Source: Bugula neritina (lineage: Eukaryota > Animalia > Bryozoa). Taken from it: a stretch of DNA of 64,000 nt. The translations under genes were made by a program, and so were the position numbers. Numbering within the stretch: position 1 is the stretch's first letter; the number at the start of each line of letters is the position of its first letter. The notes beneath the pieces were generated by a model. It was given only the letters and a program-made list of their open reading frames with translations, made no database searches and had not been told where the DNA came from. The stretch spans positions 7,679,208 to 7,743,207 of the forward strand of contig OZ037771.1 of assembly GCA_964035545.1 (NCBI GenBank), given 5' to 3'. Shown one piece after another: positions 49,257 to 62,500 of the stretch.

Positions 49257-50388
49257 GTTGTTTCTAGTACCAGATACTACAATGTAATACTAATGTATGT
49301 ACTGTGAATAGAGTATGAGATAGTATACAATGTATGTATATTGAGTGAAAGGGTGTGTAGAGGAAGTAGAATAGTAAACAGTAGAGAGACAGTCAAGTAA
49401 AACATAAGTAGGGTGAACGAAGGAACAAATTCATTCATAGCTTTGTCAGCTATTTGATTTTGATCTAGATTTTTCAAATAAAAAACCTTCAACTGTAACT
49501 TGGAAGTTACATTTTTAGTAAAATATTTCTTTATTACTAGACAAATCAATTTGAAATTATAGTTCATCTAAAGTTGCCTGAAAATTCCCAGTAACAGTTG
49601 GCGTAGACATAAAAAAATAACCAAGTTGACAATTCAGCGTACTAAATAGAAATGATATAGGTAGGCAAACTACAAAAATAAATCATTAATTTGTTCTCAT
49701 AAAAGAAACTGCGAAGACAGAAAAGGTGTCTTAAGATATCAACGTCAGCTTTTGCATTTCAAAAGTAGTCACTGACAAGTTTCTGATTTGTCAGACTTGA
49801 AAGTATAATATTAATATAAATTATAATGCATATCAATTTATATAGCACCAAATTGATAAATCATTGTAATGAATGTCATTCTACTTACTAATACTGACTC
49901 TAAATATTGTGCTTATACTTATAGTAACACTAATAAGTAAAAAGTAATATTATCATAATTATAAGACTTAGTAATGCTCATTGATATTCATACGGTAAGT
50001 GTTAGAGTATGTGCAGATAGTTTAAAATATATGTAAGCTAGTATTATTAAAACTATTAGACATATTATAACTATAAAACTGAGAGTATAATTATTGGTAT
50101 ACGTTTGATTATTAGGACTATTGTAGTAATTTATGTAACTACTATGCGTGGGTTCCTAGCTTGTAATTATGTCTATTTATCTACACCAATAAAGTATTTA
50201 GGTAAAAGCTTCCAAGTTTATTTACTACTAATTATATAAAAGATATAGCACGTACACAGATTAGAGATTACATCTTCGCTTAGTTAACACGCTCTCTCTA
50301 CTGCAAAACTACTACTAACTAAGGCCTATCACGTGACGCACTTGGATAGGCTGAAGGAATGCGGGGGACGCGCGTATTACGTCCTCAC

Positions 50389-53300
50389 TGTTGTGTTGTT
50401 TGACTCGCTATTATACAACCAACGGCACAAAGCCACTCTGTTGCCTGAACTTTCTCAAGGTTCACCCGTCTATGTCAGAGACACTAAGAAACAGGGCACA
50501 GTTCTGGCAAGTGTAGCTCCACACTCATACACGGTTAAAACTGAAACAGGAGTTATACGCCGAAACAGAAGTGCGTTGGTAGATCTTCGGGAAGAGGACC
50601 CCGTGGTGCTCAAACCAAAAGCTCCTCCGCCGGTTCCTATGAGTGCAGAGGTGCTTGGTCCAAAAGCTAACAAAAAAGCCAATCCATCAGGAACGCAGGC
50701 ATCCGGAACATTGGTCGCAGAGGGCTCGGGTACGTCTTTGGCCCATACAGCCAGTCCAACGGTTCCGGGTAGGTTTGGTGCTCTATCCAGAGAGCGAAGA
50801 TTGCCCCGGAGATTTGATGACTATGTGATGAATTAACATCCAGACGATCTAACCACGGAGACACTCGTGCCTTCTATGAAACAATCATAAAAATACATAT
50901 TGTCATGTTTTTTCTTACTATTGTCAATCTTAATTAATAGCATACGTGATTACATATAAATGTTTTTTGTAACCCACTTAGAAAGGGGGATGTTGTGTTG
51001 TTTGACTCGCTATTATTCACCGCGAGACTCGTTGAGCTCGGGGATTTTCCTACTAGCTAGAATTGAAATAAATCACGATAATTATCAGCTTAGACTCAAT
51101 CCAACGTTGTTGTACTCTTACGCACCAATCACACATGGTGGCAGCAGTTAAAACTAATAATGGGCGATGAAGAAGTTCAGCAACAAATAATTGTGCATAG
51201 GAATGCACCCAGAATCGAACCACCAGGTGAGATCGTTTTGAATTGTGAGCGTGAGCAAAACTTCAGAAGATTTAAAAGCCGGTGGCAGTCGTTTTACATT
51301 CTGTCTAGACTTTCGGAGGAAAGTGATGAGTACCAGAGAGCATTGCTATTATATACAATTGGTGATGATGCATGCCGAGTGGTAGAGTCAAGTCACAAAT
51401 ATCAGAATGATAAGAGTCTAGCAGCGATAATAGACATTTTGGAGCAATACTGTGTAGGAGAACGAAATATAGTGCACGAACGTTATAAATTTAATACAAG
51501 GTGTCAATTACAAGGAGAGAATTTTGATGCTTTTTACTCAGAATTACGTGCGCTAGCAGATAAATGTGGATTTAATTACCGACCTGCCACTGATGAGGCA
51601 CCAGCACCATTTGATGAGATGCTGAGAGATCGAATTGTTTTAGGAATTAGAGATGACTCTCTTAGAAAGAAATTGATTTCTCAAGGTAACACTTTAACGC
51701 TAGACCAGGCAGTACGTATTTGTAGGAGCAGTGAAGTCACTTCAACTGTGATGCAAAGTGTAACAAAAGGAGCAAGCTCAGGGTCTGTAGATGCTATAAG
51801 TAAAGCACAAAGCAGCTACCCTAAATATAAGCAAAGCAAACCAAGTAATACACGCAAGCAGGGAGGTGCTGTCCAGCTGCCAGTTAACTCTCAGATGTAC
51901 AAGCCTACAAACAGCCAGGATTCTTGTAAAAGGTGCGGTAGGGAACCACATTCAAAAGCGGAATGCCCAGCTAAGGATGCTCAATGCAGGAAGTGCAAGA
52001 AAGTGGGCCACTTCCAGCGGCAATGCAGAAGTAGATCCATCCAGGAGGTGACCGAAGCAAGTAATGACGACGGTATAATGTTCACAGGAGAGTTCAAAAT
52101 AGAAAACCTAACTGTGGATGCTTGGAAAGCCAAAGTAGCAGTAAATGGTAACTGTACTACTTTCAAGCTCGATACAGGTGCAGATGGCACAGTAGTCAGT
52201 GACAAACTACCGTGGCTGTCTACTATTTCACTGCAAACTACAGGAGTCCGCTTATATGGACCTGGAGGAAAGCAACTCCAAGTCTTAGGAACTTTTGAGG
52301 CAGATCTTCAATATAAAAGTCAAAAGTACAAGGAGACAGCCTACGTAATTCAAAATCAGTCAACCTCTCTACTCAGTAGAACTGCTTGTGAAAAGTTAGG
52401 GCTGATAACATGCCAAGTAAAGCAGCAAGGGGAAATAACCAAAGACATTCACACAGACTTCTCAAAGCTATTTAAAGGCCTTGGAGCACTCAAGGGATAC
52501 TCATACAGAATATCACTAATTCCAGATTACCAGCCAACATGCATCTACACTCCAAGGAAAATTCCCATTCCAATACGAGACAAAACCAAGAAAAAGCTAG
52601 ATGAGATGGCACAACAAGGAGTTATCTCTCCCGTAACAGAAGCTACAGAGTGGTGTAGTGGAATGGTCCCAGTCCTCAAACCATCAGGAGATGTACGCGT
52701 CTGTGTGGACCTGACTGGCCTGAATAAAGCAGTTAGAAGGGAAATCTATCCAATGCCAGCAGTCGATGAAAGTATTGGACTGTTGGGGGCAAGTAAAATC
52801 TTCTCAAAGCTAGATGCCAATAGTGGGTTCTGGCAAATACACTTGGACAAGGAGTCAAGAAAACTGACTACCTTCCTCACACCTTTTGGCCGGTTCTGTT
52901 TCAACAGACTTCCATTTGGCATATCTAGTGCACCGGAGATTTTTTCTCGAGCTATGTGCAGACTACTAGGCGACATAGAGAATGTCATCTGCCACATGGA
53001 CGATATTCTAGTTCATGGTAAAGATGCAGAAAGCCACGATAAAACCTTAAAGCTGGTTTTAAGCAGACTGGAAGAAGCAGGACTCACATTGAATGAAGAC
53101 AAGTGTGAGATTGGCCAAGCTCAAGTGAAGTTTTTAGGCCACATTATAGATGCTAAAGGAGTCAGCCCTGACCCGGATAAAGTCGCATCAATACGTGACT
53201 TCCCAGCCCCTACCTGTAAGACAGAGTTGAGACGACTAAATGGTATGCTGAATCAGCTAGCTAAGTTTATCCCTCACCTGTCTGAAATCACAGCTCCCAT

Positions 53301-55511
53301 GAGAGAGTTACTGAAGGAAAGTAAGGCTTGGACATGGAATCAACCTCAAGAGGAAGCTTTCCAAAAGGTAAAGCAAACACTGATGTCTGCTCAGGTCATA
53401 GCACACTATGATCTCAAGCTGAAAACAATTGTTGCCACTGATGCTAGCAACACTGGACTTGGAGCTGCTATGTTCCAAATACAAAAAGATGGGACAAGGA
53501 GGCCAGTATACTATGCATCAAGGTCTTTAACCTCAGTGGAACAAAATTACGCCGCAATAGAAAAGGAGGCATTGGCAATGGCTTGGGCATGCAACAAGCT
53601 TGATCAGTTTTTAAGAGGATTACCTTTCACTCTAGAGACGGATCACAAGCCTTTGGTTAGGCTTATGGGTGTAAAAGACTTGGACCAAGTGCCAGCCAGG
53701 ATTCTCCGATTGAGACTGCGGCTCATGAGGTATGCTCCAAAAATAGAGTATATCCCAGGGTCTCGCAACCACGTAGCAGATGCATTGTCGCGAGCACCCT
53801 CTGGTATACCATCTCGCATAGATGTGATGCTAGTTGAAGAGCTAGAAGCTAGCACTTCCATTATACCTTCGATAGATCCGATGATCGAAGAAATCAAGGA
53901 GGCACAACAATTAGATGCTGTGTGCCAAGAGGTCCAGAATCTCATCATAAAAGGATGGCCTACATATAAAACAGATGCCCACACAGCAGTACACCCTTAC
54001 TGGGATGTCAAAGGACATTTGACACAATCTAAAGGCCTTCTCTTATATGATCAGCGGCTAGTCATCCCTAGCAACCTAAGACTAAAACTGCTTGACCGCA
54101 TTCACCAGGCCCATCAAGGAATAGTAAAATGCCAGGCAAGAGCCAGAAGAGCTATCTGGTGGCCGGGAATGTCTAAACAAATAAAGGAAATGGTACAGGG
54201 GTGTCGACAGTGCAGAATTAACTCACCGACCCCGGTAGAGCCTCTGCAGCCATCCACCTTGCCATCTAAACCCTGGATAAAGTTAGGTGCAGACTTGTTC
54301 GAGTTCCAGAAAAAGAACTATCTGTTAGTGGTCGATTATCATAGCAGATACATAGAAGTTAGGAGATTAGACTCACTGTCTTCAGCATTCACTGTGGACA
54401 AAGTTAAATCCATCTTCTCAACTCATGGAATTCCCGAGGTAGTCATTTCTGACAATGGACCTCAGTTCAGCTCTAGGGAGTTCCAAGAATTTGCCCAGAG
54501 TTATGGTTTTCAACACGTGACCAGCTCTCCAAGATATCCAAAAGCCAATGGCGAAGCTGAGAGAGCGGTAGGAACAGTAAAGCGTCTGTGGAGCAAAACT
54601 ACAGATCCATACCTAAGCCTACTAACCTATAGAGCTACTCCACTCGAAAACGGATTCACTCCTTCAGAACTTTTGATGAACAGGCTACTTCGAACTACCC
54701 TACCCTCCATGCCTGAAACCCGAGTGGTTCACAAGCCACCAGACATTGCTGAGAAGGAACAACACATAAATCTAAGGACCATGAATAACTACAACCAACG
54801 GCACAAAGCCACTCTGTTGCCTGAACTTTCTCAAGGTTCACCCGTCTATGTCAGAGACACTAAGAAACAGGGCACAGTTCTGGCAAGTGTAGCTCCACAC
54901 TCATACACGGTTAAAACTGAAACAGGAGTTATACGCCGAAACAGAAGTGCGTTGGTAGATCTTCGGGAAGAGGACCCCGTGGTGCTCAAACCAAAAGCTC
55001 CTCCGCCGGTTCCTATGAGTGCAGAGGTGCTTGGTCCAAAAGCTAACAAAAAAGCCAATCCATCAGGAACGCAGGCATCCGGAACATTGGTCGCAGAGGG
55101 CTCGGGTACGTCTTTGGCCCATACAGCCAGTCCAACGGTTCCGGGTAGGTTTGGTGCTCTATCCAGAGAGCGAAGATTGCCCCGGAGATTTGATGACTAT
55201 GTGATGAATTAACATCCAGACGATCTAACCACGGAGACACTCGTGCCTTCTATGAAACAATCATAAAAATACATATTGTCATGTTTTTTCTTACTATTGT
55301 CAATCTTAATTAATAGCATACGTGATTACATATAAATGTTTTTTGTAACCCACTTAGAAAGGGGGATGTTGTGTTGTTTGACTCGCTATTATTCACCGCG
55401 AGACTCGTTGAGCTCGGGGATTTTCCTACTAGCTAGAATTGAAATAAATCACGATAATTATCAGCTTAGACTCAATCCAACGTTGTTGTACTCTTACGCA
55501 CCAATCACACA
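50389..55511 (+). mobile_element. Gypsy (Mag-like) LTR retrotransposon with a partially duplicated tandem unit
   Basis: 145-bp LTRs at 50991-51135 and 55367-55511; PBS TGGTGGCAGC; PPT GAAAGGGGGA; 5-bp TSD CTCAC (50384-50388, 55512-55516). Confidence 0.95.
51160..55212 (+). CDS. Single-ORF Gag-Pol (1350 aa)
   Basis: Double zinc knuckle, LDTGA, HMDD, TDAS, HQAH..C..C, SDNGPQF. Confidence 0.96.
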   Translation: MGDEEVQQQIIVHRNAPRIEPPGEIVLNCEREQNFRRFKSRWQSFYILSRLSEESDEYQRALLLYTIGDDACRVVESSHKYQNDKSLAAIIDILEQYCVGERNIVHERYKFNTRCQLQGENFDAFYSELRALADKCGFNYRPATDEAPAPFDEMLRDRIVLGIRDDSLRKKLISQGNTLTLDQAVRICRSSEVTSTVMQSVTKGASSGSVDAISKAQSSYPKYKQSKPSNTRKQGGAVQLPVNSQMYKPTNSQDSCKRCGREPHSKAECPAKDAQCRKCKKVGHFQRQCRSRSIQEVTEASNDDGIMFTGEFKIENLTVDAWKAKVAVNGNCTTFKLDTGADGTVVSDKLPWLSTISLQTTGVRLYGPGGKQLQVLGTFEADLQYKSQKYKETAYVIQNQSTSLLSRTACEKLGLITCQVKQQGEITKDIHTDFSKLFKGLGALKGYSYRISLIPDYQPTCIYTPRKIPIPIRDKTKKKLDEMAQQGVISPVTEATEWCSGMVPVLKPSGDVRVCVDLTGLNKAVRREIYPMPAVDESIGLLGASKIFSKLDANSGFWQIHLDKESRKLTTFLTPFGRFCFNRLPFGISSAPEIFSRAMCRLLGDIENVICHMDDILVHGKDAESHDKTLKLVLSRLEEAGLTLNEDKCEIGQAQVKFLGHIIDAKGVSPDPDKVASIRDFPAPTCKTELRRLNGMLNQLAKFIPHLSEITAPMRELLKESKAWTWNQPQEEAFQKVKQTLMSAQVIAHYDLKLKTIVATDASNTGLGAAMFQIQKDGTRRPVYYASRSLTSVEQNYAAIEKEALAMAWACNKLDQFLRGLPFTLETDHKPLVRLMGVKDLDQVPARILRLRLRLMRYAPKIEYIPGSRNHVADALSRAPSGIPSRIDVMLVEELEASTSIIPSIDPMIEEIKEAQQLDAVCQEVQNLIIKGWPTYKTDAHTAVHPYWDVKGHLTQSKGLLLYDQRLVIPSNLRLKLLDRIHQAHQGIVKCQARARRAIWWPGMSKQIKEMVQGCRQCRINSPTPVEPLQPSTLPSKPWIKLGADLFEFQKKNYLLVVDYHSRYIEVRRLDSLSSAFTVDKVKSIFSTHGIPEVVISDNGPQFSSREFQEFAQSYGFQHVTSSPRYPKANGEAERAVGTVKRLWSKTTDPYLSLLTYRATPLENGFTPSELLMNRLLRTTLPSMPETRVVHKPPDIAEKEQHINLRTMNNYNQRHKATLLPELSQGSPVYVRDTKKQGTVLASVAPHSYTVKTETGVIRRNRSALVDLREEDPVVLKPKAPPPVPMSAEVLGPKANKKANPSGTQASGTLVAEGSGTSLAHTASPTVPGRFGALSRERRLPRRFDDYVMN

Positions 55512-57104
55512 CTCACTACACTATTTCACCTTGAAGTATAACCATTAGACCTACTTTGAGCATTGCATTCACTTTTATTTTTGCTAAAGTACAAATAATT
55601 ACGAACATAATGAAATACAATTATATTACTATCAGTTACTACCCTCACTATAAACATACTCACACTGAAAGTATAATACTAATAGTGATATTGAATGTCA
55701 ATGAGATAGTAATCCTATAGACTATAGGGTATCAGTATAGAGTATATTATTACTACTACTGGTAATACTAATAGTATCACCATCAGTATGTCTATAGACA
55801 GCATCAGTATGACTATCTGAATATCATTATGAAGTATGAGTATGAGTATCGGTAAGTGAGTATTGACACAAAAAGAAAAAATAATACTTTACTTTTACTA
55901 TCAGTGTAGGTATCGCTAAGTCTATGCTCTATCACTATGGGTATCAGCATGGCTAACTATTACATCTACTTATAGTATAAGGTCTTAGCATTGATATTTG
56001 ATTGTATTTATTCTTATATTTATAGTTGTACTCATACTCATAGTCCATAGAGCAATAGACTATCAGTATCTGTATCACTATCACTGAGTGTGAATCTCAC
56101 TATGAATATGACTATAAATTCGCTCTTAAGAGTTTGACATAATGATAATAGAAATATTTAAATGTATATAAATATAATTAATAAATATCTGGCTAGACTT
56201 ACTCTTACTCTTAGTTTTAATAAATTGGTTCTAGTACCAAGTCTAGTAGTAGTACTAGTGGTGGTAGTAGTAGTATAATACTACAGCTACTGCTACTACT
56301 ATTACTATTACTACTAGTAGTATTACTAGTACTACAAGTATAAGTATAACTATTAGTATTAGTATTAGTAAATAGCTATGAGTATGAGTATGAGTATTTC
56401 AAATTGAGTAGTCGTCCGATAATTACTTTTAGTTTTATTAACTTTAGGAGACTAGCACTAACTCTAATTCTAAGCAGTATGAGTATCACTATCAGTATGA
56501 CTATGGGTATGAGATTGAGTATGATCTTGACTCATGGTTATAGTATGAGTATGAGTAAGACTAACTTTAAGTCAAAGTGTAAGTGTAACTGTAAGACTAA
56601 GACTAAGAGCAAGAGTCGGAGTAAGTGATAATTCCTAGTAGTAATTGCCAGTTAAAGTTTATCCAGAAACATTTGCTAATTCAATTTGTTGAGTCATAAA
56701 GTAAAAAACAAAAACTTTATCAATCATTATCAGATTACGACAAATTAATGTATTTTACAACAAATTAGTCAATTACAGATGATAGCTATTATAAAAATCG
56801 CAGCAGTAACAACTTCCAGGAAGTTGTATCTATGACAACTTTGTAACTCCTGGAGAGCTCAAGTTTGGCGCAAGAGTAAAGACTGGTACCTAAAAGCATA
56901 CAACTCCGAATTTTAGCTCTGAAATCTATACATTATAATAAAATAATGTTTTTTTTAGGCTAGTTGCGTTACCTATAATTTACAACTGAGCTTCTTTATA
57001 ATGATATAATATATCGTACTTTTTCAAACCAAATATAGAAGTAACTCTGTCCGGACACGTTTAATTTAATTGATTTGCTTATGTAGTGTTTAGTTTACTC
57101 AGTA

Positions 57105-57172
57105 GCCTCCGTGGTGTAATGGTAGCACACTTGCTTGCAAGCCATAGGACTCGGGTTCGATTTCCAGTGGTG
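57105..57172 (+). mobile_element. tRNA-like SINE head or tRNA pseudogene
   Basis: A box TGGTGTAATGG and B box GGTTCGATT are present, but the acceptor and anticodon stems pair poorly. Confidence 0.5.
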
Positions 57173-57820
57173 ATAATTATTTTACAGCTTACATACTTGC
57201 AAATCTTACATGTTGATGTTGCACAGTTTGTTACTAATATAACATTAAAACAGGTATTATAATATAAAAGTTTCTTCACAAGTTCTTGCAATGATGCTTT
57301 GCTATATATAACTGATTTCTGGTAATTATAGAAGGTGTAGTTGACTGTAGTTAACAGGCAGCTATTCTCCATGCTGTGTCAGCATTAAAGAGGAAACATG
57401 AAATTATTGCTGCTGAAAACAACCAAAAGAACCAATTAAAATTCAGACTAGACCAACTGGGACTCATCACATGATTTTATGCACTTGCCTCTTTTGCATT
57501 ACGGAAATTGTAGTCAGCACCAATGTGCTTGTGAAAAAACTTTGACCTATGATTACAGTTGATCAGCCTCACAAAGCACATTATTATTATGAATAGTCAC
57601 AAACTCAAGTTGCTAGCATTTTACAAAACTCATGCATGACTCCTAAGTGATCCCTAGAGTTACTTGAACACTCCGGCTTGAGTTTACACACCTTTTAAAT
57701 ATGCTTTAGTGAAAACCCAAAATTCTACTATTGCTAAGGCATGGACCTGTGCTCCGCTCTGTGCTGATGAGGGAACAAATCCCAAAACAGCTGCTGTACA
57801 CAGATTGATATATACATTAT

Positions 57821-58129
<309 letters not shown>

Positions 58130-58660
58130 ATAATTGTATCGTGAGATTTTTGAAAAACAGCGGATAAAAAAGTGCTCAAATTACTATGTGTATAATAATG
58201 AGCAATTATATTATTGAGGAAAAGAGCAATTTAATTGTATAAATGTTGTTTTATTGCACTACTAATAGTTTCATGCCTCTTCGGCACTCCTCAATAATAT
58301 ATATATATATATATATGTGCATGCGGCTGCTGGCTATCTTATTGGTTCATAATTACACACATTGTATGTATAGGCTTTATTCAAAAAGAAATTAAAAAGT
58401 CCTGTAAATTGTTTGGATATCTATTTACTGATTAATTTTCTAAAACTCTCTATATAAAAATACATGCAAGTAATTAATAGCAAAGTAGCCATTTATTAAA
58501 GTTACTAGCATATTGCTTCAATGGTGTGTTCATGATGGTGATGCACAGTACGTGTTGGCAAGAAGTACGCAGGTAAGATATCAAGTACTCATTGGTAAGA
58601 TAACTCTTCAATGTGATGAGAATTTATTCTCTGCTTTCTGAGCCAAAAAATCGGTTAAAA

Positions 58661-58980
58661 CAAGAGTGTCCAACAATTTTGGAATATTCAGGTGGCGAGG
58701 GCCACTTTGTAAAATTTAGCTTGAGCGAGGGGGGGGGACTACAGCATCAGTATTTTCCAAATTACTTAGTTCTAAATTCCCATGAATCATACACAATCAA
58801 GTCTCAAGAACTATTGCAGGCTGTATATAATATGTTTTATAGCTTTTATACAAAAAAGCCTTTTTTATTCCAATTAATGTACATTTGTATAAGAATTTGA
58901 TTTGCTATGCCATTGAGGGCCACCTAAATGCAGGCTGGGGGCCGCATCGGACCCTGGGGCCGCATGTTGGGACAGCCCTG
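58661..58980. mobile_element. Probable hAT-type MITE
   Basis: Termini gtgtccaaca / tgttgggacagccctg, with gggccgca subterminal motifs. Confidence 0.45.
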
Positions 58981-59515
58981 GGCTGAAATATTACAAAATG
59001 AAGTTTACATATCCAATATAATATAGTAAATAATGATTTTGAATATTAGTTAAACTTTAAAGCAATAGAAGTATGATGTAGCAAACAGGATACGACTTCG
59101 AACAGAATGGGTTACAAATCCAACAGACTAGGACGAATTAAATACAAACATCAACAGCGTGTATAATCTTGACTTTTTAGGGTTGTCTTCTCTATTGAAA
59201 ATGTGTACAAGTGTCTAGTAGTTGGAACGCTGTTTCTGATGTGTTTTAAACTGTGCATAATTTAACAAACATTGGCGCTTAAGCAAGTCCTTTCAAACCA
59301 TTTAAAAACAATATTTAGAGTTTAGGCTAATAACAACCTCGAATGATTTATTTTCATCCCGATGATTACATTTAGTTTTACTGCACATGTGGTCGACTGA
59401 ATTTCAACTTGCTTTTTGGAAGAAACGAAATAACATATTTATCTTATTTGTATTAAATTTCAACGGCACAACCTTATTGTCACCTATATGCATGACCAAA
59501 CGAATTTAAGTTAGT

Positions 59516-62500
59516 ATGAAAACACATCCAGTATTTAAACTTACTCCTCTATCACAATGGAAGCAAGTGCCGATCTCGGATGGATTCGATTCAGAGTTGA
59601 ATCCAGAATTTGGAGGACTCGAAGTTTTAGAAAATTATGAATGCACGGTTTTTAGAGATGGTGAAGCTCAAAGTAAGACTAATGAAGTAATATCAAAAAC
59701 TAAGCAACCAGTTTCAAAACCTGCTAGGCAGTTTAACTTTAAGCCCAACCGCGAATATGAACTTGAATATCATTGTGAAAGTCAAGACCAAACAGAAATA
59801 GAACCTGAAAGTGAAAGTGATCCAAACGCTGCTTCACCTGTGAGCACTACAGTACCAGTCTATTTTATATATTTAATTTTATAGTCATTATCGTTATGAT
59901 TGGTAAAAAGATAATTTTTAAATTTATGCCATCAAGTGATCAACTTCAAGTTCAAGAAGTTTTTTGAAGTATCTAAATTCAAATTGATTTAGTATTTATG
60001 ATATATATATAATAACATTAACTTAACTGAGCATTAAACTTGAAAGTATGCTTGAACTATTAAAATAACTCAAGCCTAATCTAACTTTAAATCAATGACA
60101 AACTTGGATGTAAAAATAGAGAAGCAAAAGTAACTTAAATATAAATGTTATTATAAATTCGTATTAGTTTAAAATTAACCTACGTTTGTATAAACTTTGA
60201 CTGTAAAATATTAAATTATGCTGTCCAATTTGTATTTGTAAAATGTCCATTACTATTATAGGTTAAAATGCCAAAAAAGAAAAAGCGCAAGATTGCATCA
60301 TCAAAAGCTCTTGTTCTCTCTCAGACTAGTCCACCAGGTACAATACATTTTTATTCTAATAGTTTTTATAACAGTCAATATGTGTTGATGATAAAAAAAT
60401 TGATTTATCGTTTCATCTAGAATTATTTTTGTTAGAAAAACCCATTGCTGGTAATCCAAAAATGAAACGGAGAAAGATTATTCAAAATGAAATTTTGAAC
60501 CAGGAAGTAGCAGAAGTTGATGGTAAAGCAGTGAAGAATAAAAACTGTAAGTGTGTGTGTGTGCGTGCGTGCGTGTGTGTGTGTGTTTTATTTTCATCAT
60601 AATATAGTGTTTACAACTAGCATAAGTTACAAGAGCAGACAAACAATTAGAAAGGAAACATAGTAACAAATAACAGTATATAAAAAGTAAAGCTGTCGGA
60701 AGTGATGATGAGGCCCAGTGCCAAATAGCATGGCTAGTGGTACGCGGGCCCAAAGTTGGCATAACCATACAAGGCATCACAGATCACTCAACAGAGTTGA
60801 GGTGATGCCTCGATTCCGTTTTGAATTTATCAAGTGGCTGTATAATCTTTAAAAATTTAGGCAACTTATTCCACAGTGCAGATATTACAAAATTGGAGGT
60901 GCGTTGACCAGCAAATGAGAAATAAAATGGAACAGGAAGAGATTGCAACTGATGACGAGTAGTATAGTGAGAGTGTGTTGAAAAGCTTCCTGAATTTTAT
61001 GAGCTTTAATTAGCAGTTTGTACTTGTACAACTTGTCAACTTGTAAAATGTCTGATTTCCTAAACAGGTCTTTAGAATGGTATCCAAAAGGTTTGCGGTG
61101 AATTTTACGGACAATTTTCTTTTGAAATTTCATCACTCTATCAAGATGGACCCTGGATGCAATCCCCCCATGATTCTATAGAGTAGCACAGCCTGGAATG
61201 TATAAGTGAATAGTATAACATAATCAAAAAATTTTTAGGGGCGAATGCATTTAAACGATAAAAAAGTCCTGAAATTGGTCGAAGATTTAATAATATTTTC
61301 TGAATGTGGGATGACTAGTTTAAATTTCTATCAATTATCACACCTAAAAGTTTTACTTCGTCAACTGCTGTTATTGGCTTGTCGTTTATTGTTAATTTTA
61401 AATAAAATTGGAATTTATTTTGATAGTTCTAAAAAATAATGTAAGATGTCTTTTCATAATTAATTGTTAGCCTTTTTATCTGGCACCATTCACATAGTCT
61501 TTTAAGATCAGAAGAGATTTTCTCATATTCATTGTTTAAATTTTTTGATTTTAGAAGTAAGTTAGTATCGTCAGCATATAAAATTGGTGTTACATATTTT
61601 AAGGTTTCGCAAAGATCGTTGATATATATTAGGAACAAGGTGGGACCTAGCACAGATCCTTGGGGTACACCCCAAGTTATAGTTTGTGTATTGGATCGTG
61701 TATTGTTTATTTTTGTTCACCATAGCTGTAAATACTAATGAGATTTTTTGCACAGCTATACCTACTGAACCTACCATTACCTACTGTGACATACTATGAC
61801 TTATTAAGCTATTTAATTACTGTTGTAATGTACTCTCGGAGATTTCTTAGTTACACATTTATCCAGGCAATGATGAGAAAATACTACGATCAATAAGAAT
61901 GATTACTTTTTAAAAACAAAGTATTATTTAGCCTGATTTCAACTTTCAAAGTCATATGTTTGTGTTTTGTTGATGATATAAAACAATGAAACATTTTATT
62001 TTAACATATAAGTACAAACATTTTTTTGGTTTTTATATTAAATTTTTAAACAAGCTTCTTTGCTGAAAGTTTTTCAACTATATTTCTTTCATATATTATT
62101 TGAACATATTATAAATCTCTTGTGTTTTTGTACCCACAGAATAACTAATTACCTGTCACTTTTGCGTTGCGTTGCTGCCGGTACACCTGTGTATATCTTG
62201 TAATTCAGTGCTGTCAGCGATGGAAGCATGGAAAGATCTGTTTGTCCCTCTGCCAGTGTTGAAGTCACTACACGAGTTGAACTTCTTGACCCCTACTCTG
62301 ATTCAAGGACTAACTTTGCCATCTGCTATTCGAGATCGACTAGACATACTGGGAGCTGCTGAAACAGTTAGTCCATTTTTTTGCTTTTTTCATGCTTAAC
62401 TTTCTAAAGGATATTTTGAACTTTGACATTTATGTTGTAAATATTCAACTGCTTTGAATTCCTCTCATACTGTCGGGTTTTTTAGCTTTATTTTGTTGAA

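Larger units (their letters stand above)
50122..55520. mobile_element. Solo-LTR-like element (TGTAGTAATTT...CTCACTACA, TSD CTAT) split near its end by the Gypsy insertion
   Basis: ctat at 50118-50121 and 55521-55524; termini resemble 1709-2061. Confidence 0.65.

Noticed and set aside
57105-57172. Functional tRNA gene
   Set aside because: Acceptor and anticodon stems are imperfect; more likely a SINE head or pseudogene. tRNAscan-SE would settle it.
59807-59818. IRF-like GAAAGTGAAAGT
   Set aside because: Falls in DDX24 coding sequence (Glu-Ser-Glu-Ser) and is explained by the codons.
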